From Octopus vulgaris (taxonomy: Eukaryota): DNA of 64,000 nucleotides. Below the pieces are notes generated by a model, which was not told the origin of the DNA, did not search any database, and worked only from the letters and a program-made list of their open reading frames with translations. Positions within the stretch are counted from its first letter, which is position 1. Every line of letters begins with the position of its first letter. Below, piece by piece: positions 1 through 12,059 of this stretch. The position numbers and the translations under genes are program-made. Where the stretch lies: contig OX597828.1 of the NCBI GenBank assembly GCA_951406725.2, positions 50,220,001-50,284,000 of the forward strand, in the 5' to 3' direction.

Positions 1-190
1 GAGGTCAGCTGCCCGGCACATGGGAATGTACAATCAAAAGCCAGGAAAAGAGAACATTTATGGCGAATCAATACGGAACTTACAGCTCTTGTATGCTGAC
101 TATGAATTCCAATTTTTACTCAATCATTAGTTATCTCTCATATATTGAATACAATCTCATTAAGCAGTGAACAACAATAATATTTATTTG
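1..190 (+). mobile_element. Degraded 3' part of R4-like (RLE-endonuclease) non-LTR retrotransposon
   Basis: Translates, with a frameshift, to EVSCPAHGNV...IYGESIRNLQLLYADYEFQF, matching VEISCPAD...FAELLRNLQLLYPDYKFGF of the copy at 12169-12483. Confidence 0.65.
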
Positions 191-881
191 AAACAATCTC
201 CTACATGGCTGTAGAAAGAAACCTTAAACGTTATTTTCGATTTTGCTTTTATGGTTCTTCCACGGCAGAAATTCTGGTCATTTTTTAACTTCCTTCGTTC
301 AAGAAAATAATAGTTTCAGGTCAGGTTTACCAGAAGATTCACACAAATCACCCTAATCTGATACAGTTGAGTGTCCATCTAGTAAATAATGTCGATATCT
401 TACTGCAGTTATTCTTCAGAGTTTGCAAAACTATCTTGTCTTTGTATTCAATCCTTCAAAAGAAAGTAAACTGAAAAAATATCTATTCTTCTAACATTGC
501 ATTTTGAAGGGTTTATCGATAGGTTTGGGATGATTAATCCTTTGTTGATAAATACCATATTTTATAAATACCATATTTGTTTATAAAACAGGGATTTATT
601 TAAACTGAACGGTCCTTGATGGACAAATGTTTTTATTACACACATTCTGAATGAAAAGGGGGATACCGAGTTCAATATCCTGAGTTTCTTTTTTTTTACG
701 TCTTTCAGTAAAAACAATGTTCCTTAACTAACTACCGAGTCTTGTTAATGTTAGGTAAACCATGATAAAGAACAAAACAAGTAGTTGATCAAGTAGTTTA
801 TTAAAGGAAAACTACATGAACTAATTAATGATCCTTGATACAAGTTACTGACTGATTTATTAGACGGTCATAAATTAAATA

Positions 882-2026
882 CGACGGTTGTCCCGAAAGC
901 TGTACGAAAGTGAGAGTATTAAGTGACATAAGCCATTGAAGTTGCACATGCTGGTTGAGTAACTTTTCATACAAAGATGCTACTTACCATGACCTCTATC
1001 ATATGCGGTTCATTTGCGACAATGTTCAATCCAACGCTCGACTGTTCTTTGAAAATGCTCTGTTGTGTGCTATTGTACCTAATTTTTCATCTCGACTGCC
1101 ATCAAATCGTTGTCCCAAAGACTGTCTTCCATTGAACCGAACAGGTGGAAGTGAAATAGCGGTAGACCCGTGGTGGACGGTGGATGGGAGACTTCTTTGT
1201 CAATTGCTTTTGTAACCGAAGTTGCGTGTGGTCACTTCAGATTCTAGTTCTATTTCTACCTTTTAATGGCTTCTCTAAACCACGTTCCAGAAAAACGGAG
1301 AACGACGCCTTTGTCTTTCCCCAATAATGGTTCTTGAATTGAGGAAAATGTGTGACGCCATTTTATGGTATGAGCCTTCGTTTCCGGATCATAAAGATAC
1401 ACCCACGTTTCATCCCCTGTCATCAAATCGGAGAAGAACGTTTTCTCATTAGTTTCAAACGCTTCCAGCATAACAAAGCACACTTCCACCCTTCTCTACT
1501 TCAAATCGGGTGTCAGTAGTCGAGTTACCCACTTCTCACTCATTTTCTGTTACCTAAAGTTTTCTACTATTTCCCGTAATGCCTTGTGATCACAGTCTGG
1601 TTCTATAACATGTTCACGGATCGTGTCTTGTCTGTCCGTGTAAATGAATTTGTTTACTCGTTTGTGATTCGTGTCAGTAAAGCATAAATGATGATTTCCT
1701 ACCGTGTCTCTTCTCTTCAATACTTGTTTCTATTTCTTTAAAATTCTTCGTCCATCTGTGCGCATTCCTCTTATCAACAATATCATCTCAGTAAACAAAA
1801 TGTAGCCTTCTGTGGATGATGGACAACAAGCACCCTTCCTTTGTCAAAATCTCAGGGATAGCCTATTGCTTCTGCTGGAACCAATTATTTGCCTGCAATG
1901 GAGAAGAACATGAAGGAGAGTTCCAATAGAGGAAAATTTATTCTACCAACATCTGCAATTAAAATGAACTACGTCCGTTAATGAATAAGTTATGTTCCCT
2001 TTGGATTACATTCGGTACAACCCTCT
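882..2026 (-). mobile_element. Decayed mariner (DD34D) DNA transposon
   Basis: ORF 1256-1489 has MTGDETWVYLYDPETK; WVTRLL relic of the WVPxxL motif; imperfect TIRs (TA)CGACGGTTGTCCCGAAAG / CATTCGGTACAACCCTCT(TA). Confidence 0.85.
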
Positions 2027-2569
2027 TAAATGGTTAACAATTTCTGAAAAGTCTCTGTATATAGTTAACTTGGCTAACCTGAATTGGTTTATTATATTTT
2101 CTCAGCGCTGTGAATCAACTAGAACTGCAAAACAGAAGGACGATCGATAGTCGCTTTTCCTATCAATGTCGGCGCTATTGTTGTTGCTAATGTACTGCTG
2201 TCGTTGGCGTTGTTGTATTCTTGTTGTTGTTAGTGGTGTGAATATTATGTTTTGTTATTGTTGTTGTTATTGTTGAACACTTTCAATATTTTGATTGACT
2301 AACCAAATTATAATTAACTAAAATTAAAATTGTTTATCTTTTGACAACCCGGTTGAGTTAATAAGGAAATTCTAATGAATTAATAACTTGTATTTTATTC
2401 CAACTATTGGATTTTAATTTTTACCAAAATTAAGTGAAATTTTCTGGATACCCACCCCCGCCACAGACAGAGTCAATTGCAGGAATACACGTACACACAT
2501 ATATGATTTATACACATACAAACGTAAGTATATTTATTTACATACAAGATACCCCTTATAAAAATTCTT

Positions 2570-3350
2570 ATTCTCTATCCCAACTCATTATATCTGGTCT
2601 GTTGCGCTTATATTTTATTGAAATCTCCACTGGGACATTCCACCAGTATTCCTTTTTATTATTAGTGGCTATGGCTTATACCATACTGTGGGTTCTTATT
2701 ATTTTTGTCCTCGGGATTATCCTTCCGATGGATTTTATTATAGAGTGTGCTAGCTACAACATCATGTCTCATTGGTAGATAATACTGTGATGACATTTTG
2801 GACGACTGCTTATGATATCTTCAGTGTGAGCTCCACAAAGTCTACATCGGTTATCACATTTTACTGCTTTTCCTGCATCTCTATCCCTTTTGTGCATCAG
2901 GTATTTGCTTGATCTTTCCTGTTCCTGGATTGCAAACGCATACCCTTCAACGTGAGAGGTAGTAATCCGGCTATTGGTCCATGATAGACTGCTTTGATGA
3001 TCGATGTTACTATTATCTCGGAGCCTTCTAACAAATCCATGCATGGTCTTCTGCTCATATAGGTTCATCCTTTCATCTGATGATACGTTGCGGCAGAGTC
3101 GTGCGACTTCTTTTGGCATGTATTCTAGGTTATAAGACAAAGAATGTTGCTCAAGGAGCTGCCTTCCAAGTCTTATGATGTTATCAGCCTCATGTGTGCA
3201 AACTTGGTCAAGGGATGAAATTCAACACTTGGTGGTTAAAAGATGTTGCCGAAGGGATATGATACGACATTCAAAGGCATTCTGGATCAATGTTAAGCAT
3301 CTGCCGGCTTGTTTTCATTTTAGGTAGTGGCGGTCTACGTCACTGTTTAC
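2570..3350 (-). mobile_element. R4-like non-LTR retrotransposon fragment (C-terminal zinc knuckle, start of RLE)
   Basis: ORF 2769-3140: FAIQEQ...CRLCGAHTEDIIS; downstream RPD motif; aligns along its length with 12425-13600. Confidence 0.8.
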
Positions 3351-3603
3351 ACATATATAAGTACATATATAACCCTTTATAAGTAGACATATACATACAT
3401 GTCTGTATACGTAGACATATGCATACATACACACAGATATATGCATACATGTATACATACGTTTATACATACTTACATACATACATACATACATACGTAC
3501 AAAAATGTATTTATTTAAATCAGCAGAACCACCTTCCCAGGTGGTTTTCTTGTTTATGCAATACATATAACTTCTTATCTTTTAATACATTATCTCATAG
3601 GTT

Positions 3604-3800
<197 letters not shown>

Positions 3801-3804
3801 CATG

Positions 3805-4910
3805 TAACTTACAACTAACCCGCTCTATAAATTCAGTGACAACGCAACCTTCACACAACGCCAAAATAAAGAACTATATTTCATAAAAAAATTTAGACCA
3901 AGTTTAAACACCCTGGGCCAGGAATACTAAAACAAAAGATAAGTCCTCCGAAAAGGAGAACCAAATTTCACCACGGCCGCTACTTCAAACAGACACTCAC
4001 TCTGACGGAAATATGCCTTAGTAAAAAAGGGAAAAAAATTCTTTCGTGCAAATCTGACCCTGATACATACGATACAGCTAAGGGTCAGACCCGATTCTGA
4101 TTGGTCAACAAGTTGATGACGTCTAGCTCTGCTAGAATGGACAGGATACAAACAGGGGACAGTCATTAGTCAGAATATTGATGACGTCCTTTTCTGCTTG
4201 AATAGTCACCTAACAAGTACAGACAGGGGGCAGATCTAATGTAGCTATAAGTCGTGATTGGGCAGAATCTGGATGACATCCCGCTATGCTTGACTAACGA
4301 AGCGACTGGTCAAGACAGGAAACAAACAAGAGGGAGTTATAATGCAGCGATTGGTCAAAATAGTGATGACGTCCCGTTCCACTTGATTAAAGCCACCTAA
4401 CGAAACGATTGGTCAAAACATTGATGACGTCACGCTACGCTAGATTGACCACCTAACAGGCATTATAAAACCAAGCATTTCACAAAAAATCACTAGAACC
4501 ACCCAGCGAACTTCCACCATGGGTCATCACAATTGCTTAAGGTAAAAATGAATTCCTCGCTCTTTCGGAAACATCAATCTTCTGTATTGACCGCTTTCCA
4601 CCACTTTGATCTGTTTTTTGTATTGAATACGTATCGCCACCGTGGGCCACTGCATCGAACACTTTGAAATATACTTCAAACTATATATCAACTATACATG
4701 AACTATATATCAACTATACATGAACTCTAAGATGTCTGACTCCGTTGTGTATTATAAATGAATTTCTTGTGTTTGACGGCATGAGCTGTCTCTTTTTATA
4801 TATAACTTTTTTTGATAAGGTTCATTTCAGGAACTGAAACATGTTATAATGTATATATAAAAATTAAAAATTGTATAATACAGCAGCATTTTCGAACTTC
4901 ATTTTTTACA
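3805..4910 (+). mobile_element. Penelope-like element 3' end / pseudo-LTR
   Basis: [23 protein letters not shown] (~3841-3910) resembles the GIY-YIG C-terminus of PLEs; followed by promoter-like repeats, a donor site and a degenerate hammerhead at 4812-4846. Confidence 0.6.
4098..4470 (+). promoter_or_regulatory. Five CCAAT(ATTGG)+CRE(TGACGT) modules followed by a TATA box
   Basis: ATTGG (one ATTAG) at 4100, 4165, 4257, 4350, 4408; TGACGT (one TGACAT) at 4117, 4182, 4274, 4367, 4425; TATAAAA at 4464. Confidence 0.55.
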
Positions 4911-5024
4911 AATATATACATGTATATATATATGTGTAATATATGTATTATAAATACGCATATATACATATATACGTGATATATATATATATATTATATG
5001 TATGTACACCTGTACACATATATG

Positions 5025-5070
<46 letters not shown>

Positions 5071-5105
5071 ATCTGACTGTATATGTATATGTACATGTGA
5101 GTCCA

Positions 5106-5150
<45 letters not shown>

Positions 5151-5419
5151 CGGTATACGTCCAGTGAGACCATAACTAACTTTTTAAAAAGATCAAACCT
5201 ATAAAATTATGAAAGAGAAACATAAATTAGTGAAACAACGCAAACGGTTATGCGAAATATTAAATAAATAGATAAATGAATATGTAAATAAATATGTAAA
5301 TAAGTAAGTAAATAAACAAATAATAGGAAAATGGCTTTAAAGTATTTAATAGTTGTTGAAAATGTTCAAAAGCTGAAATCTATAACAGTGTAATGAGAAA
5401 GTACATTGGTTCTAACTAA

Positions 5420-5630
5420 ATAACTGAATGGTGGTTTAAATGACAAGACTCATTGGTAGAGTTTGCGATACAGCTGTGTGATGGTTTGAATGGCTCAACT
5501 CAATTGTGGCTTAAATGATACTGGTCACAGGTTGTTTAATGACTCAGCTCAGTGGTGGTATGAATGACTCAGCTGAGTTGTGGTTTATCTGATACTGGTC
5601 CAGGGGGTGGTTTAAATAACTGGCCTCAAG
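5420..5630. repeat. Degenerate ~24-bp minisatellite (GTGGTTTAAATGACTCAGCTCA-like)
   Basis: About eight diverged units seen by eye. Confidence 0.6.
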
Positions 5631-6294
5631 GTAATCATTACACCCAGTCCTTTCTACCATAATGTCTGCTTTTTAGAATTACCCCCCTACTTCTGTCTTT
5701 GTTTTAATTGCAACTGTCATCGGGAAACCATCCAAGGAAAACATCAAATAACTGTCTCGAAAGGGTTGCCAGAGTCATGGACTCATCCTTTTACATCGGA
5801 ATGAGTCACTAAAAAATAAAGTAAAAAAAACAAAAAAAAAAACGATACAAACTCGAACATGAAACTACAATAATAAATAAACTAAGAGTTATTAGAGAAT
5901 CGATAGTATAACCTCGAAACCGCGGTCCGGTGCGTATCACTTAGGCTTACGAGAAAGGGATGGCCTACCTTTGCAAATACAATAAGGGCACAGATAGTGT
6001 GCCTAAAGCCAGCTGGAGACGATGATCTCCTGGGGCTAAAAAGCTACAATACCCCCCCCCCCCTTTGTGCTTAGTCATATTGAGATGGCTATTATACTTT
6101 ACATTGTCGAGCGATTACTGTTTACATCTCGTTCTGAGATTTAATAACGACAGTATTTTGAGAAGGGACTATCGCTTTACGTCAGGTTGATCATATTAGA
6201 AAGGAACTTTTCAAATCATGTATACACACTCACATACGTGTGTATGTATGTATGTACGTATACATCCATAATACATACATACGTAGTACATACT

Positions 6295-6358
<64 letters not shown>

Positions 6359-6504
6359 GTATATGTATATGACGAAGGCAAGCAAGCTAAAACATCGATG
6401 TTACTGTCAACCTTTCCGTCCTTTTAAAATCTAATGAACATGAACTCAATTTAATGAGTTTTATGTCAAATTACTTTTATATGTACCTTGACATAAACGC
6501 ACGA

Positions 6505-6538
<34 letters not shown>

Positions 6539-6739
6539 AAACAGACACAGACACACTGACACACACACACACACACACACAGACACACACACACACAGAC
6601 ACACACACACACACAGACACACAGACACACAGACACAGACACACACACACACACACACACACACATGATTTTCCACCTTAGTCATTTCTATGAAACCATA
6701 TCTTACCTATCATTAAATATCTATTTTATCTTACTGTGT

Positions 6740-7700
6740 AAATTTTGAATCGAATACGAAAAAAAAAAATAAAGAAAAAGGAAAAAAACAAAACAAACGA
6801 AATATATAAAACCAAGGATGAAAAATACTACACAAAAGAAATGGAACGAGGCGTTCCAGTTAGAATGAAGTGCTTTCACCTAGGGTAAATCAAAGAACGG
6901 ACACAAATCCAGGATTACTCCGACCCCGAGGATCACTCCGACAAGTGCCTTGCCTCAAATATATTCTCCGGTCTTCGGTTACCAATTGTTTCCACTCTCA
7001 CTTACTTTCCAGTTAATCCATTGGAGAGTAACCCCTCTTCTTTCAGCCTTATCTTACTCTCCAACTGGAACTTAGAAAAGTTGATGAGGGTTTGGCCAGA
7101 AAAGGGAGTGGCTTAATCCTTTCCTTTCCATCTTGTCCACCATACCCATGAAACAGAGGAAAGCTTTTCGGTCGAAGAGAAGCGATGGGCCTATAAATTC
7201 ACCTGATAGTCAGATTCGTCTTACACGTGACAGCAACTACCCAACATAACTCCACAAACCAGCAATACTCGGATACCAGGCATGTGCATATTGAACCGTT
7301 TCTTCGATTAGCGTACATTTTATATAGAGCATGTTAATGCCATTAAATGCACATGTAGAGCTTGAATAAACCAGAAATACCTTGGTTGCACAGACAGGAT
7401 ACAGATTTCTGGAAATTATCCACATCTCTGGGCTGAAAGTTCTCCAAAATAAACTAATTTGTTGATCGTTTATTCAATGTCCCAATGCCTTGTTGTAACC
7501 CTTGTGTTCCGCTAACCCATATATTGTGGAATGTTCCTATGTCATGCATTAACGCAGTTTTCGGCTCGCATTAATCTCAACCTTAAAGAGAAAGTATACA
7601 GTCTAATATATCCTTCCTCAACCGACAGAAATCCACAGTATTCCACGTACCAGTCAAGCTTCTTTTAGTTGCTCATTTAAGGGCAAACTGAAAAATCCCT
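6740..7700 (-). mobile_element. Degraded L1/Tx1-like LINE 3' region
   Basis: Minus strand encodes relics (DNFQKS; EETVQYAHAWYPSIAGLWSYVG; WWTRWKG; FSGQTLINFSKFQL) colinear with the intact ORF at 15701-16582. Confidence 0.7.
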
Positions 7701-8529
7701 CCGTTTTTTTTTTAATTAGAAGAACCTTGTTACTTTTGTCTTACCCCCTTCGTTGCTGAAATCGTCATGCAAGGAGGGATAACATTTTTGGAACATACTT
7801 GTTCCGCATCGTTCTTTTCTTGTCTGAGGTTGGGGGTGGATGGACCATCGTATTTCAGAGTTACTTTTTGGCAGATATCATTGCCAAAATAATTTATTGT
7901 TTTTGCTAACTTTTTCTCTGTGTTTTGTTGTTTGTGAAGTTGCTATTTTTGTGTTGTATAAATGTCCGTGTTTTTGCGTGCAGAAGTGTAATTTTTCTTT
8001 TTGTTTGTTAGATGTGTTTTATAAACTAATGTTTGTTCGTATTATCAAATATTCGAACAGCTGTTCGAAGCTCTTCAAGACTTGTAAACCAGACAACGAA
8101 GACTTGTTATACAACCAAGCGGATATACACAAACTAAAATAAAAAAAAGTTTAACGATAAATCATATTTTTTTCCAAAAGCAAAGTAAAAGTGGTGAATG
8201 TTCAACTGATTCAAAGCGTAATCCTCCCCCACCAAATGATGTTTTTTTCTTTTATTAAATACAAACGCGGTAATTAGAACACGAAATTCCTCAAAACATA
8301 ACAAAAGCAACGACGACGACGATAATGACGATGTCGACAACAACAACGAGAATAATATTCATAATTCTTTCGAATTTTGGAACATGACTATTTTATGACT
8401 ATTTTATCGGCCCTGAAAGGTTGAAAGGCAAAGTTGCCCTCTACAGGATTTGAACTCAAAACGTAAACGGCCGGAAGAAATGCCTCTTAGCTTTTTGTCC
8501 GATGCTCTGACAATTCTTCTTGTAATACT

Positions 8530-9000
8530 ATATTCGTTTATTTGTCACAGGGGCATCTGATGAAAGAGGGAATTCAAGGATAGTTTACAATTTGTGTGAG
8601 TATTTACATAAAAAAGAGGGACAGGAAGGAAGGGGAAGGGAGATAAGACAGTATGTATAATATACAAAATTTATAAATACATGGATGAAACTAATGCCAG
8701 TCAAAGTACACAAAGGCCCAAAATCACTCTGATCACCAAAGTCTTAAACCTACTCAACTGTTGTTCTATAAACTACAGGTATATATTTAGTGTAATTCTA
8801 TTGACTCAGAACATTTTTACCAGTAGCCCATAGTTTGATATATTTGCTGGGAAAGAACCTTTCACTTTTCTTTCGAAGTGGAAATTGAAAAAGGTTGACA
8901 GAAAAGAAAGGTATCCGTCTCCAATCCGTTCACTCTCTTCCACTGCTCACTAACCAGCCCGCCATAGCGACTTGACAGAGCAACACTGGATTTGCCCAAC
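8530..9000 (-). mobile_element. Degraded L1/Tx1-like LINE 3' end
   Basis: VAMAG...NGLETDTFL relic matches VAMAK...KGLETNTFL of 15701-16582; ends in GCCCCTGTGACAAATAAACGAATA, similar to the tail at 16965-16990. Confidence 0.6.
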
Positions 9001-9532
9001 ATGCAACAACAGCTGTTCGACAGATTTATAATATAGACACAAGGCCAGCAATTTTGTGGCCGATACCATCGACCTCAGTACATGATCGGTACTCTCTTCT
9101 ATAGGTCCCAGGCAGGTTAAAAGAAAAAGTTGAGCCGGGCGAAGTTTGAAATCAAACTGTAAAAAAACAATAATTTATAACATTGGCACAAGTCCATACA
9201 TTGGGAGGATGGAGGGTTAGTCGATTAAATATTGACCTATGTAGGTAACTTTTACTTTATTTTATAGTCTTTCGATTGATGAAAGCTCAAGTTGGCATCG
9301 GTGAAATTTGATCTTAGGACGTTATGAGCCAGAACAAAACACTGTATATATATATATATATGTGAGGGCGCGTGTATGAGCGTACACGCATTGTGTACAG
9401 TTAGTTAGTTAGTTAGTTAAGTTAGTGTACACTCATACACGCGCGCTCACACACGTTCACACAAACTTAAACACACTCACGCTTACATATACAACACTCT
9501 CACACACGCAGTTATGCACACGTATATATATG

Positions 9533-9563
<31 letters not shown>

Positions 9564-9569
9564 ATACAG

Positions 9570-9605
<36 letters not shown>

Positions 9606-9630
9606 AGGTTTGGAGATGATGTACAGGTAT

Positions 9631-9916
9631 TATATATTAGAAGAAATAAGGTAATCAGATCGGATGGTTCATATTTATAGATATTTATTTATATATTACA
9701 TTTTTTACATATACATATCATATCATTCAGATCATATCATTCGGATTATTAGCGCTTTCGCCCATTCCAGTTTGATTTGAAAACCCCACTCGAATGGGAG
9801 AAAGCGCTAATAATCCGAATGATATGATCTGAATGATATGATATGTATATGTAAAAAATGTAATATATAAATAAATATCTATAAATATGAACCATCCGAT
9901 CTGATTACCTCATTTC

Positions 9917-9928
<12 letters not shown>
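9631..9928. repeat. Palindrome: 141-bp arms, 16-nt spacer, 3 mismatches (probably inverted Penelope pLTR fragments)
   Basis: 9631-9771 is the reverse complement of 9788-9928; centre carries a degenerate hammerhead (stem-GAAAGCGCTA). Confidence 0.9.
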
Positions 9929-9995
<67 letters not shown>

Positions 9996-10007
9996 ATATA
10001 CACACGC

Positions 10008-10123
<116 letters not shown>

Positions 10124-11119
10124 TAGTAGGGAAAACTGCTTATTAGTTAGTTTAGAGTAACGTTTACTAAAATAAAGAGGTTATTAAAGTCTACACTGTC
10201 TAGAAAATTCTCAAAAATTCTAATTTTAATATATTTTTCTTTATCAAAATGTGGTTTTCATGTTTCTTAAATTATTGAAAATTTCAACAGCTGAAGCTAA
10301 ATTTAATTCGCTATTATATGCATTTTTTAAGACTGCAACATATCGTTCCCTTTTTGTCTTTTCTCCCTCTCTTTTATTTAGAACTATAACATAAAATCTC
10401 ATATATTTCCGATAGTTAATTTCTTTGTCGAAACCTTCACTGTCCATGATATCGTAGTTTAGATGATGACGGGAATAAAAATATCATTTCCCGTCTCTGA
10501 ATACATGTAATTATATGCTTATATAAGTTCTTAATACTAGAATCTACAAAAAATATATTGACGGAAAAGTAATGTAGAAAAAATAAGTTATACAACTACA
10601 TATATTCGAACCGACAGTAAGTTTTTCAGTAAGACATTTTTCTAGTGTATATCAGGAAAATTACTCATAGTGGAAATCAACTGCGTAAAAATTATTTAGC
10701 GACAGGTAAAAAAATCGCCCTTTTGAATTTGTTTAATGAATAGATTTAATAAACTGAAATTGCCCAGAAATACCGGCATGAATTTGGAAAAAAACACCCC
10801 ATCAGAAATGAATTTGTTGGTATGGCTGTTCGGTATGCTGTAGACCTTAGAATATACCCACACGAAACCTGCTATTTCTAGCATACTTAGTGATCACGTA
10901 GATAGGCTACCTTTGAGTTTGTTTAAAACAGAGAGAGAGAGAGAGAAAAAGAGAGAGGGAGAGGGAGAGAGAAAGAGAGAGGGAGAGAGAGAGAAAGAGA
11001 GAGGGAGAGAGAGAGAGGGAGAGAGATTAAGGCAACGATAAAATTATCAAAGAAATACTTATAGAGCGAATGGGTACTATTAAACAAAGTTAGAAGGGCA
11101 ACGAGAAAAAATTCACAAA

Positions 11120-11504
11120 TCTCTCTCTATATAAACGGCAAAATGTCTGCGTTTGTGTCCTTTATACAAATCCACAATTTTTCAGTTAGAGGGCTCGCAC
11201 TTTCTATGGTCATTCAAAACCGTCCAAGGGTGGTCGTGCACATCTTTACATTTCCCCAGTCACCCCACAAAGCCATTAAAAAATCAATAGAAGTGACTTT
11301 TTTGTGAATTTTCTATCCAAAACCCAATCAAAATGCCCGAAACTTGATATGCCAATTGAATGCCAGCTAGCTGTATGTGATTGGTTGGAGATTTGGAAAG
11401 TTTTCGCGTGTATGTGCGCATGCACGCAGCTGTATATGCGCATGCACGCAGCTGTATATGCATGCACTAGCACTATGACCCGGCAACGTGGGTCATAGTG
11501 CTAG
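11120..11504 (+). mobile_element. Non-autonomous Helitron-like element
   Basis: 5' A|TCTCTCTCTATATAAACGGC, 3' hairpin ending CTAG|T; inserted between A and T with no TSD. Confidence 0.65.
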
Positions 11505-12059
11505 TTGGGAATAAAATGTATACTATGTAGCGGCTAGCAGAAAACCGCCCAGAGCGAGATCCTTCTGCTAGAATATAGTAGAACTATATTTCTTCTAGTT
11601 TTGTGTAGTCTTCTTCGTAGGATTAGCACTGTCACAGTCCAATCCGATCGTCTACAGATTATACATTATTTCGGTAAATATGCATTTTTGTTTTTTAACA
11701 ATCTTTTAATATTAGAGCAGCAACCACGGAGAAGTTGATGCCTGTCTGCACATACTTTCTTTTCTTTACGCCAGATTATTCCTCTGGTATTTTCGCATAT
11801 TACGGATGAGTGACCCTTCTACATCAATGGAAGCTCTTATATATTTTTCTATTTTCACAATTGTTCTCATAGATGGCAAAATGTTTTGGTGATAACCTCA
11901 TGCTTCCTAGACAAATGTTATTGTGATGACATTTCCGGAGAGAGGATTACAACTGTGGTATTAACTGTAACAGAGTATGTATGTATGTATGTATGTATGT
12001 ATGTATGTATGTATGTATGTATGTATGTATGTATGTATATACGTATAATTAACTGTATG

